NCBI GenBank assembly: GCA_030265395.1
Contig: JARFYF010000046.1
Span: 14,870,082 to 14,934,081, forward strand
Source of the DNA: Rhina ancylostomus
Lineage: Eukaryota
Direction: 5' to 3'
DNA: 64,000 nt
Made by a program: the position numbers and the translations under genes. Every line of letters begins with the position of its first letter. The first letter of the stretch is position 1. The notes under the pieces were generated by a model. It searched no databases, was not told the DNA's origin, and was given only the letters and a program-made list of their open reading frames with translations. This document shows positions 50,121 to 61,985 of the stretch, one piece after another.

Positions 50121-51459
50121 TGTTTGAAATCTGTATTTTATTCACCATTCTCTAGTTACGCAAAAATAAAACACGGAATAACTAAATAGCCTTGTGCTTC
50201 AGCTTCACCACTAACCAAAAGCCAGTTCATATTAATTCCTAAGCTTGTTTATTGGATTTATTGATGAGAACTGGCTGTGTCAGTGTACATAGTGTCAACA
50301 AGTATGAAGATTTTCCACTTCATTGCCAGACCCAGCTGAGCCAAACCTTTATATTGTAGAAATTATTGAGTCTCTTCACCTTCATTAGGAGTACATATTA
50401 CAAAGAATGCAGAGTTGCCCCACATGCTCCCCAGGATACAAGAAATTGCTTTATAGATTTTATTGACTGAGAGTCTTCACAACACATTTACATGATGTTG
50501 ACTTGATTCCCTGCAAACTGCCAATACAACCACTAGATCCTGTGTAAACATCTGATCCCAGATCATTTGTAAAATAAAACAGATGTATTTTTATAATAAA
50601 TTCAACACTGATGTTTGAACAATTTGAAGTACCACAAATTATTAATCCTGTCAGCAATCCAATTCTATAGGCCTGCTATTTTAATAATGTTAAAAACATC
50701 TTACTGGGATGGATGAAAAATATTAGGAACTTTTTTTAATAGCACATATTAATAAATGAGCAACACCTGTTCCTGATCATGGAACAAAAATAAAATGCAT
50801 TTGTGGTAGGAAAAGCTGAGAAACAATAACAGAATTGCTTCAAATGGAAGGTTTCCTGTAACTCTAAGAATGCTTTACAAGACTCACAATCCCATGCCAC
50901 ATGAATTAACATTCTCTTTTAATCACGTTCCCTCATTGTATTCAAGAAAAATTTAGAGTACAAAGTTGAAGCCCACTCTGCCCAACAGTCTGCTGTATTG
51001 GCTGGGACATGAATGGAGGTGAAGATAAACCATAAAGATTGACTTGACCCATTTCTTGAAATGGTACCACCTCTCCCCTGCCCACTTGCACCTACCTGTC
51101 CTTATCAAACAGACCCTCTGCACCCAGGAAGTCAGTTGAGAGGCCCCAGGGACTAAGACCCTGCCCCCAGAACATCCTGACAACCATTGACAGGAGCCAA
51201 AATCCCACTGGGGGCCAGAATCCCAAAGCCAGGACTGTAGATATGTTCAAAAACTCTTAAATGAATGTTTAGGGACATACAAAAACCATCAAGATTGATG
51301 CAAATATCTATTTAAATTTAAGCAACTGAAAAAAAAGAAAAATATACCTGGGCTGCACAAGTTCCAGAATGACTTAAGTTTGGCAACTGACTACTGGGAG
51401 TTGGCTTTGGCCCTAATCCTCTGGAATGATATGGGAGAAGGAGACAGACCTGAAGAACT

Positions 51460-51700
51460 ACATCTCTTTCTTGAATATATTTAATGATTTGGCCTCAACT
51501 GCCTTCTGGCAGAGAATTTCACAGGTTCACTACTCTCGGAAGAAGTCGTCACTCCACATCGCAATCCCAAATGGTTTACCCCATAACCTTATGCCGTGAC
51601 CCCTACTTCTGGATCCCCACTATCAGGAATATTCTTCCTGCATCTACTCTGGCTGTCTCACGAGGATTTTAAGGTCCCCTCTCATACTTTTAAACGCTAA
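51460..51700 (-). mobile_element. CR1 fragment, followed by a Rex1 fragment (51705-51777, +) that runs into the gap
   Basis: ggcctcaactgccttctggcagagaatttcacaggttcactactctc; gcggacacagctcagcacatcatggaaaccagcctc matches 38733-38766. Confidence 0.7.
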
Positions 51701-53114
51701 CAAGAGAGTTGCGGACACAGCTCAGCACATCATGGAAACCAGCCTCCCCTCCATAAGCTCTGTCTATTCTTCGTTACNNNNNNNNNNNNNNNNNNNNNNN
51801 NNNNNNNNNNNNNNNNNNNNNNNNNNNNNNNNNNNNNNNNNNNNNNNNNNNNNNNNNNNNNNNNNNNNNNNNNNNNNNNNNNNNNNNNNNNNNNNNNNNN
51901 NNNNNNNNNNNNNNNNNNNNNNNNNNNNNNNNNNNNNNNNNNNNNNNNNNNNNNNNNNNNNNNNNNNNNNNNNNNNNNNNNNNNNNNNNNNNNNNNNNNN
52001 NNNNNNNNNNNNNNNNNNNNNNNNNNNNNNNNNNNNNNNNNNNNNNNNNNNNNNNNNNNNNNNNNNNNNNNNNNNNNNNNNNNNNNNNNNNNNNNNNNNN
52101 NNNNNNNNNNNNNNNNNNNNNNNNNNNNNNNNNNNNNNNNNNNNNNNNNNNNNNNNNNNNNNNNNNNNNNNNNNNNNNNNNNNNNNNNNNNNNNNNNNNN
52201 NNNNNNNNNNNNNNNNNNNNNNNNNNNNNNNNNNNNNNNNNNNNNNNNNNNNNNNNNNNNNNNNNNNNNNNNNNNNNNNNNNNNNNNNNNNNNNNNNNNN
52301 NNNNNNNNNNNNNNNNNAGCATAACAAATTAGAAAAAGCTTTCAAATCAAGTTTTGAGCAACAAATTGGATTATATTCTGAGGGAAAAAGTATCATATAG
52401 GGCTATTTTAGTGAATTTTCTGCAATTAGTAGTTTCTTTTAAAGTAGATGCACTTCTTGGAGCCTAAATTGTCATGACTTGAGGAAAATATTCCTTAAAA
52501 TAGTGAAAAATGATGAGGAAACAATTTTCTATGAAAGCTCACACCTTCAAGTACTAGCCACTGGAATCAGCGCACATCTTTAATTTTATTTTTACTTAAA
52601 GTAGACCTTTTGATGCAGGCTTGCTGAGCCTTGCTCACTTGGAGATGTGCATATTTTGGTTTAAACATTTGAGCAGTTTTGATGTATCTCATTACACAAG
52701 GTGATACGTCTTTGAAAGAGGCAATCTGGCCCATTGTTCTTCTGCCAGCTTTGGGAAATTGCTACCAATTAGCCCTGGTCCCCGGCTCCTCTCCCCTCCC
52801 CCACCCTCCCCCATGCCAACAACCCTACAATTATTTCTTTTTTTGTGTTGAGATTCAATTCTCTTTTGAAAGTTTAAGTTGAATTTGCTTCCACCAGCCA
52901 TTCAGCCAAAGCATTCCATACCTTCATGACTTGCTGAGTTAAAGAAATTCTCCCTACTTCCCCAAAAACCTTTTTTTGCCAATTATGTTAAATGTGGTAT
53001 TTGGCTNNNNNNNNNNNNNNNNNNNNNNNNNNNNNNNNNNNNNNNNNNNNNNNNNNNNNNNNNNNNNNNNNNNNNNNNNNNNNNNNNNNNNNNNNNNNNN
53101 NNNNNNTAGACCGA

Positions 53115-53262
53115 AATTGAAGGAGGTTACAGAAAAAAGGAGGGCTCATCAACATGATATTTGAAAACATGGATGAGAATTTTAAAAAAGAACTGTTGCC
53201 AGGTTGGGAGACAACGTAGGGTTGTGTGCATGGGGATGACAGATAAATGGGATTGAGTGAGA
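53115..53262 (-). mobile_element. L2 LINE fragment
   Basis: ggaggttacaga...ttgaaaacatggatgagaattttaaa. Confidence 0.6.
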
Positions 53263-53469
53263 CTAATATAAAAACAGTCAATAACTATCAAACTATTTAC
53301 TTGATAAATGACAGAGACAAAGAGTATCAATGGCAATACTGATTTTTCTTCACAATTAAAAGACAAAATACACAACATGCCAACATACTGCTGGAAGAAA
53401 TCAACTATTTCTGATAAATACAAAAGCAGAACTGGGGAAATGTTCGTAATCAGAACTATTAACAGCAAT

Positions 53470-53605
53470 TGTTAGAAATACTTAGCATGTCAAACAAGTT
53501 TGTCAAGGTATAAAGAATTAATGGTTCAGGTCAATGGAGTTCACCTGAATGGATTTTCTCTCACCGATGTTGCCTGATTAGTATTTCCAGCATGTTTAGT
53601 TTTTA
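53470..53605. mobile_element. Decayed fold-back Penelope-terminus element
   Basis: tgttagaaatacttagcatgtcaaaca...gatgttgcctgattagtatttccagcatgttt. Confidence 0.5.
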
Positions 53606-54369
53606 ATGTAACCATCATCTCAATTTCTGAGACGTACATTTCAAGATATTATCTGATTGATATTTCTATATAATCCCACTCTAAGTACACCATTTTTGTA
53701 TTAATTTTAATGTCTCATTCTTGCAGCTATTAAGAATAATTCTCCCCATCCATACAGCTGAGGCACGGCATCAGCCACAATCTTATTGAATGCTGGGCAG
53801 GCTTGTATGACCTTTGCCTACTCTTATTCCATATGTTATGCTCTCAACATGACAATAAATCATTGGGAATTGCCATACAAAGCTCCTAAAGGGCAAGAAC
53901 TTCACTAACCAAAAAAAGGGTGATTAAAATAGTAAGGGACAAAATAAAAGAATAGAAAAAGCAAAAATAAGGACATACTTACACAGATCCTGGTAGCTGG
54001 GAAGACCCAAGGGTATTAGTAAAAAGAAGGTGCTCAGGAGCAAAATGGAATCGTTGAAAAATCTGATAGTTTCATAAATGAAAATAAGAAAATAAGGAAA
54101 TGATGGGTACATTTCAGTATAAGAAGACTAAGTGCTACACACTCCAAGAGAAGTACTCACTTGCCATTTCACCAGCCTCACCTTATGTATCAAAGTGCAA
54201 TTGACTGTCGATCTGGTCAATGAGTTGTACCCAATATTTATCTTTAGGGGCTTACAGGCAAGTCATTTTAAAAATCAGTTACCTGCATTTTTTTCTGTTA
54301 AGATAAATATGACTGAGATATGATATACCATTTTATCTGTTATCAGACTTCGGGTAAATGCTTTAATCT

Positions 54370-54750
54370 TTTACAGAAAGGCATCAAAATTGGCCTAAAG
54401 AGGAATTAGAAGGCATACATTCATAAACAATGTTATTATGCACATATCCCTTGGGATTTTATGAGAAATTAGCCTTATTGGTAGACCAGGGTGAATCCAG
54501 CAAATATAATTTATTTGAAGTGTTTAAAGGATGATTAAGACTTACAGAATTAATGGAAATGAGCTGGCAGTATTGGAAATTGACTTACGAACAGAAAACA
54601 AGGTTGATGAGAACTGGACAGCATCCTATCTGGAATTTGCAAAACTTAATAGGATAATATTCTCAGTCCCCTGCTGTTTACATGATTAATTTATACATGC
54701 TGAAACAGGCAACTACAACAAACAAAAGTTGCTGATGATGCCAAGTGGTG
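54370..54750 (+). mobile_element. Highly decayed CR1 RT fragment
   Basis: gaacagaaaacaaggtt...ctcagtcccctgctgtttac...aagttgctgatgatgccaag (ADD motif region). Confidence 0.5.
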
Positions 54751-55384
54751 TGTTCAGGGAAACTGAGTCAATGAAGGGGTCCAGAGCTGAAAGGAAGGAG
54801 GACTGAAGAAAGGGGGAGATTAAGGAAAACAGGTGGGGGGGGGGGGCAGAGGTTGGTGAGACAGAAGTCAGACAACTGAGGGAAGGGATGACATGCCCAT
54901 GTATGTGTGCACATGTACAAAGCTCAGTATCTATGCAGCAATTGCCATGGCCATTCATTCCACTGCACCATCACCTTACTCTGTCAATTCATGTGGTAGC
55001 TAGTGTGAAACAGCCACCCATATTAAAAGAACTCATGCATAGATATATTTTGCTCCTCAGAACTGGAGTGCACTAAAGAAGGTAGAAGCATTGAAAGAAA
55101 TTTGGATAGTGTGGATTTGAGTCAGGAATGACAGATGAATACATGTTTGAATAAGCTGCAAGGGTAAATTAGACTTAACCCTATTTTACTCCAAGGAGAA
55201 GTAATGTACTCAACCACCAATAGCTGCTATTAAAATATCCAAAAGGTTAAGTAACTTTCACATTTGTGACAGCACTGGAACTCTCTTTAGTCAACTAGGA
55301 GAAAAAATGTAATAAAGTACAGTCACTAAGGAAAATAGAGCAACTCCAGCAACTCACATAACATGTAACAATAAAGAAAAATTT

Positions 55385-55490
55385 GGGGGGGATACGTGGG
55401 AGGAAGGGGTTAGATGGTATTAGGCATGGTTTAAAGGTCAGCACAACATGGTGGGCCAAAGGGCCTGTATTGTGCTGTATCGTTCTATGG
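55385..55490 (+). mobile_element. CR1 3' tail
   Basis: gtcagcacaacatggtgggccaaagggcctgtattgtgctgtatcgttctatgg. Confidence 0.75.
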
Positions 55491-55715
55491 TTAAGTGAAA
55501 TAAGAATACAAAATCTGAAATCAATTAAAATTGAAAGCATTCAATGTATTTACATATCCTGTTGTCCCTCACTGTATAGTTTTCTATTGTCAAAAGTTGT
55601 GTAAAGCCTCACATCACAGAAGTGACAGGTGAAGGAAACTCTTGGGTCCACTGGCCTGTAGTTTGCTGAGCGGAGCCTGCTGCCTGTACTCATCGCCCAG
55701 ATTCCTCTACAAGGG

Positions 55716-56045
55716 CATAAGAATATGAGAACTAGGAGCAGAAGTCATCTGGCACTTTGAACCCACTCATCAAGATCCGGGCTGATCCACCTCAGAACCA
55801 TTTCCTAGGACCATCTCCATATACCTGCTGTTCAGAAATCTATCCATTTGTCTTGAACGAAATGACAACTAAGCCTCCACAGTCATCCAAGGTATGGAAT
55901 TCCAAAGGTTTACCACCCTCTGAGTGAAGGAATTCTCCTCATCCCAGTCCAAAACAGCTTACCCCTTGTGCTCAGTCTGTGGCCCCCTCATCAGAGACTC
56001 CTCAACTAGTCAAGTTTTAAAGAGATCTCTTCTCATTCTTCCCCA
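55716..56045 (-). mobile_element. CR1 LINE 3' fragment
   Basis: cataagaatatgagaactaggagcagaag tail; gcctccacag...gaattccaaaggtttaccaccctctgagtgaaggaattctcctcatc. Confidence 0.75.
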
Positions 56046-56338
56046 GTGCCTTTCATTGTCCTGCATTTATTTGGTTCATATTCAGATTGTTGGACATGTT
56101 GCTCCAGAGAATCCTGGACCTAATTGGTACAGACCTAAGCAGCACCAAAACCTAGGGGGATGTAGTTGGACCATGGGGGTGGGTCACAGCAAGCTCCACC
56201 CAGAGAACTATTAAGGAATCATGTGGTAGGCGGCAAAATGATGTTCCCAATTTTGCCATCTGCCGAAGCTGCCAAGTTTTTGGAATGCTTCTGAATGTTC
56301 CTGATATTCAGAAGTGTCTAAAAAACACTGCTGATTTC

Positions 56339-56512
56339 CAAGTCACTCTGTGAATCTGGGAGCTCTCTCCCTTTCAGCTGCATCTTCTTTCTCCCCCATA
56401 AGAACTGTTGTATATATTGCTGCTGTCTCGTTACCTTTGAGGGTTGATGCCCTTCTCTGACTACTGTGCGAAAGTGGCAACTATGCTGAGCTTGGTACAG
56501 TCAGGAGCTGTA
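56339..56512 (+). repeat. Local direct duplication, copy 1 (of 57498-57682)
   Basis: caagtcactctgtgaatctgggagctct...ccataagaactgttgtatatattgctgctgtct...gtcaggagctgta occurs twice. Confidence 0.95.
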
Positions 56513-57497
56513 TTCAGAAGTGATATTCAGAAGTGTCTAAAAACATTTAAAATGTAGTAAAGTAATTATTAAAAGAAAATAAATGTACTTAAAATAATAG
56601 TTTAAAAGCATTTTTGCAAACAAATAATTTAAAAAGATGCAACATGTCTTTATTCCTCAGCTGTAAAACCTCCATTGAAATAAATGGGCTCTTCAGGTGC
56701 AGGATCTGTGAGCAGATTCCCCAGTGTAAATGTCACATCATTTTAGTAAGTTTGTGCTCCACTGTGGACTGTGCAGAATCAGATGCAACAGATGCAAAAC
56801 AAAAAGGCGGGTTCACAGGCTGCACTATGTCAACAGTCAGCACTACAGGGAGAAATGGCAGAATTAGGCCACAGAACTGTCAGCATTGACAAGCAAGATT
56901 CGGCCCAATGTGTCTGAACTGCTGGAGTGTATTCATTGAGTTACCTTCTCTAATCACATTTCTCCAACATTGCTTTCCTCATATTCATATATCTATTTAT
57001 CCTATTTAATTATCCAATCTCCTTTACCATGTGTTTTCAACAGAAAACTATTTACTTCCAAAACAATCACTATCTAACAATTTTCCATCTATTAAAGTTA
57101 GTGGCAGAAAACTCCAAAGTTCGCCATATAACTGGAACCTGCATGTCAGCATCCTCTCAGAAGGCAGCAAACTAATTCACAGAATTACATTCCTGGTGTT
57201 CTATGCAAACAAGCTCATGACTTTAGAACAGCTCTCAGAACCTACATACACAACACCCACCTGTGGCACTGATGATAATTTACTTCAAAGACAAACAGAT
57301 TAGAAATAACATCACTCAATGCAACAAATGTGTGTATGCAGAACACGTGTATTTCACATTGACAGAAGAAATTGCTTCCGATGTTGCTCAATTCAAGGAT
57401 TCCTGCCACCAGCCTCTCCCTGTCAGACTCTTCTCCTGTGCACGACCCACCCATCTCCAATTACCAGAACACAATCTCCTTCCTGATATTTACTCAT

Positions 57498-57682
57498 CAA
57501 GTCACTCTGTGAATCTGGGAGCTCTCCCTCTCAGCTGCATCTCTCTCCCCCATAAGAACTGTTGTATATATTGCTGCTGTCTGGTTACCTTGGGGAGTGT
57601 GCCTTTGAGGGTTGATGCCCTTCTCTGATTACTGTGCAGCAGAGTGGCAACTATGCTGAGCTCGGTGCAGTCAGGAGCTGTA
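57498..57682 (+). repeat. Local direct duplication, copy 2 (probable donor)
   Basis: Same sequence as 56339-56512 plus 14 extra bp (ggggagtgtgcctt). Confidence 0.95.
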
Positions 57683-58133
57683 CAGATCACACACTGGATG
57701 TAAATCACCCTCATGTTGTTTTTATGATTTTTTGGAAAATAAATCAATTTGGAGCTTGCACTAAGTGCAACAATACTTTGGCCAAAAATAGATGAGATCC
57801 AATTCCAGGTAATTCTAATTTGTAGTTTTTTTATCCTCTCCTCATCTTTACAATCTGCTGGTACTATATTGTGAATGTTAATCCTTCCTCCTGGTTACCA
57901 GTGAAAAAAAAACAAAGCCATTGTGGTTCCCTGAATTTAACTGTTGACTAGTGAATCACTCAGATCAGAGATATGTCATGTATAATGTCCATTTTATGCC
58001 AAGGTTAATAATTCTAACATTGGCCATCTATGTAGGAACAGCAGTCTGAGTGAATATCCTCAGAAAAGAGTGAGAAAAATGTGCCAAAGTTTACATACCT
58101 CATCATCAACAATGGAACCCAGCTGAAGAGGCA

Positions 58134-58733
58134 CACTTTTTTTGGAAAAAAAGCCAAGGATACTTTGAGACTATTTGCACAGCAGATTCATCACTTTGAT
58201 CTAAAGACAAATTTATTTAAAGACAAACAGAATTCAGTTTGTGTTGGAATAGCTACTGATGTTCATTGGCGAGGCACTTAAGGAATTGAAGCATGTGGCA
58301 TTGCATTCTAGCCAAGAACACGTTCCAAAAAAGAAAACTGGTGAGGAGAGTAAAAACAAAATGTTTTAAAACAAAGGAATATAATTTGACATATCATTGG
58401 CTTGTTTTAAAGGAATTCATTGAAAAAGTAAATATGATTTTACTGCCATCTATGCAATCACATACAAAATGAAAGGTGTGTCAACCCAAAGGTGGAATTT
58501 CACAGATCAGGGCTTATTACTATTGTTCTTCTGGTAAAAGGAAGTTTCATTAATTAAAATGTTTCTTTTAAGTTCATACTAATAATGTATGAGAGACTGT
58601 TAACGCATCTTCCATGAAGATTTCATGCTAAGCAGTGTTACAGTTCTGTCTCCACTTTTGGAAAAAACAGCTGAGGATACTTATGAGCCTATTTGCACAG
58701 CAGATTCATCACCTTGGTAAACCTGAAGACAAA
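58134..58733 (+). repeat. Pair of ~80-bp direct repeats (58134-58211 and 58653-58733)
   Basis: Identical 24-mer ctatttgcacagcagattcatcac at 58171-58194 and 58689-58712, with similar flanks cactttt..ggaaaaaa..aggatact and aagacaaa. Confidence 0.9.
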
Positions 58734-59757
58734 AGATGTGACTGCCAATTGAACTTCCAAAATATGTTGTGATTCCATTGGCAACCCCTGTGAAGAGAAC
58801 AGACCAGAAAATGCACAGTGTGGAAGCTGCCCAACCTTCTGGGTGTTTCCAGCATCTTTGCTTCTGAATGTTTAATTATTTGGCCTGTACTTTAAAAGAG
58901 ATTGTTTCATAATCCTAAAACATTTTAGGTGATTAAATTCTTCCTCATAAGAACTAAGTGGTAACCCAAAGGGTGTTTATTTATCATTGTGAAGGCATTG
59001 CTAACTGAATCCATTCAATGAAGCAAGGCGCAGGGTTGTGCTGTCATGTGTTTGATTTCAGTTAACAGTTTCTCTTTCTTGCTATGATCTGTTCTTTGAA
59101 GTTCTTAACATCTGGGAAGAGCAATCCATGAGTAATTGGTCTATTCCTCACCAGTGCTTCAGAACAGAGCAAAGAAATGTGGAAGAGATACATGACGAAA
59201 CTAAATGTGCATCTGGAATTGGCTGATACCATTGTTTCCAGCTCATGATACGGTTTGGCTGGATGCTAGGATTTTAGCTCTGTGCAATCACTGGAATTAT
59301 TCTGGAATGAAGTAAGGCAAAGCTCTAAGTGGTTAATGAATTTCACAATCTATTGCATTGGACAGGCCAAAGGAGGTGGCAGATGTGATCTGGTCAGTGT
59401 AATGTGCCATTCAATTAGTCAACTAATATCATTCTAAATGAATCACCAAAACAGTCCACAGAACAAAGTTTTAAGAATGTGATGTATTGTGTTTGTTTTT
59501 TCTGAGTGGGGCTCATTACCCACAGTCACCATTTCTGTACCTACTGTTCCGTACTTACCTGCTCTAGATCCATAACTCTGACTGTACTTGATGAGATGGT
59601 CCTGGATTCAAGTTGGGAGGCCCTACAAAAGCAGCAAGGCCTCACTCAAAGTGGCTGGGTGGTGTAGGCTGGCCACAATCCCCACTCACAAACCACCCTG
59701 GAGATGTTTGAATGAAATCGAAGCCACAAAAGAAAAACAGAGGATGTGACTTTGAGA

Positions 59758-60438
59758 ATGTGTGGATTAGCCAGTGTGGCCAGTTTTACAAAGTGCAGGT
59801 CACAATCATGCTCATTTGAGGTCCACAGCAGATCCCTCAGGTTGCCATGTGTTGAAAGAGCTTCAACTCAGTCAATATCCCCAAGGACGTTGATCTCAAC
59901 AGGACTTTTCTCATGATCAACACCATGTTTCCTGAAGGTTCACATGAATCCTTCATTCAGAGAGAATCACTTTGCCGGACATCTTTAGTGGACAGCACTG
60001 CCCTGTGAGTGGAACTTGGTTACAAGAGCCAACCCCAATTTCCATGACTTCTGACATATACAAATGCTCCACCCATTCCTGCTGCAACAAAAGCCATGGC
60101 ACAACCAGGATACTGGTGGTTGATGGCACTAACCTTTCAGGTCCAATAGTCCAAGGGAGCCCTGTACTCCAAATGGACCTGGATATTTTGTATGCAGTAT
60201 ACTCCACAATCTAGTTATCAGGAGACCTCAGCCCATCCGAGACTATGCAACCAGGAGAGAAGGCAAAATCACAAGGGGAAGAGCAGGAGGAGGGTGAAGA
60301 TGGGTCCAAGAAGAAAGGACAACATCATGGAGATACGAACGGTAAGTGCAAGAATATCCTGACCATGTGTCTTCCACAAAGGGGTGGCTACTTGGCTGTG
60401 TTGTCAGAGACAATGTAGTAGCCAGAGTGTTCACCTGA
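59758..60438 (+). pseudogene. Second fossil PIF/Harbinger transposase (more diverged)
   Basis: Colinear remnants CGLASVASFT(K)VQVTI; KSFNSVNIPKDVDLNRTFLMINTMFPEGSHESFIQRES; CNKSHGTTRILV; FVCSILHNLVIRRPQP; acidic GEEQEEGED; GCVVRDNVVARVFT*. These match GF.RIAGFP.VQG.I, KGFHSLNVQ..D....I..VNARYPGS.HD.FILR.S, YN.SH..TR, CC.LHNL and G..VRD.LI..RF*. Confidence 0.8.
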
Positions 60439-61985
60439 ACATAGATCACAACTGTTGCATGTCACTTCAGCAAAAAAAATTGTGTATTTCCTTCACATTT
60501 CATCCTTATTAATCAATGCTCCATTAATAAATGCCAAAAATAAATAACACCTAGTCATTGTTTGCTGCAGAAAAGTTATTCTTGTATACAAGGATGGGGG
60601 TGAGGTATTTGGGAACCCAAGGAATCGAAACCACACATTATGTAATATATTATTGTCACCTATAGACTACTCATGTCATGAACTACTTATGCCTTTAAGA
60701 ACCTCTCAAGTGAAATCTATGAAGCTTGCACCTGGGATACACATTGGCATGCCAGGGCTTAACAAGTACTATGAAGGAACTCAATAGTTGACCCGCGGCA
60801 ACAATTACAATTGGCACTTCAATCTGAAGAAGTACCTATCTGAAAAGAGTAAGTAACTAGGATGAAGAGTTCCCAAGCCCTTCCATCAATACACTTGGTC
60901 AATCATCTATAAACACACCCAAGTAGCAAGCTGAGTGTGTACTTAGAAGCGCCATCATAGGTTCTTCATGCAAGAGGAATCATTAGATTTCTTTGAATTG
61001 ACTACTCCCATTGATGCTAGATAACAACATAATGAGCACCTATTGATCTATGTTTACCTCCTGATTCATTAATTATTATATTCTTTCTACCATTCAATCT
61101 CTCAGTTGATCAGGGATGGCTGGGAAATGGATTCACTTTAGACTACTGCATTTAGATTGACTCAATCTACACTGGGCAAGTCAGAGTTTTGAAACTCCTT
61201 GTGGGCCACTGTGACAGTGGAATAAAAATAATGATTATAAATATTGCTATTTGATTAATTTAAGGAATGTCTACAGAATAAGATATTAGTGAATTGCGAG
61301 CAGTGGCATTTGCTTTATAGGAATACTCACATTGACTGTATAGAGTAATTAAAGCAACTTAAGCATGAAAAGTCATTGTTCTTTGAGCAAGGAACAGAGT
61401 TAACCCTTTCATGATTATTCAACATATGGGTGAATCTGCACTGTAAATATTATCTAACTTCCAATAAGCCATGCACAAAACAATTAAAGTTCAAATCTGT
61501 AAAAAGCCACAGTGTAATTTGTCATCAATTCTCTGTGGCAAGAATGACAGAAAACATTTGAGTAGTGCCTATCAGCTCATCACATAGCAAGGTGCTAACC
61601 AGCCCCAGGACCTTCCCAAGCCAATGGTGATGACAATTAGATTTTGCATATTACTGCTGAAGGCTACAACACTTGTCAATTAATTTCCATTGTCGAGAAA
61701 AGAAAAATGTACTTGATGTGGATTTTGAGTCAATTGGTATCATATCTACATAATGGTTTTTATCAGTTTTGAACAGAACCTCTGCATGACTGTATGGTGT
61801 ATACTTCTGAGGAGTGGCATCACCAAGCCCAGGTAAGGAGAAGGACAGTGGTGAGGGCCAGACCCTGATTGGGCCACAGGGTCAGACACATGAAAGCAAG
61901 GCTCAGAGGCACAAGTGAGCCAGAGCAGAGACACGGCTCTGAGCTTGAACATCTAGTAAAATTTGGAGAGACAGCCCTAACTCAG

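Noticed and set aside
59559-59622. Minus-strand exon-like unit (ASQLESRTISSSTVRVMDLEQ) with a GTAAGT donor
   Set aside because: Peptide unrecognised, no compatible partner exons, and it abuts the Harbinger fossil on the opposite strand
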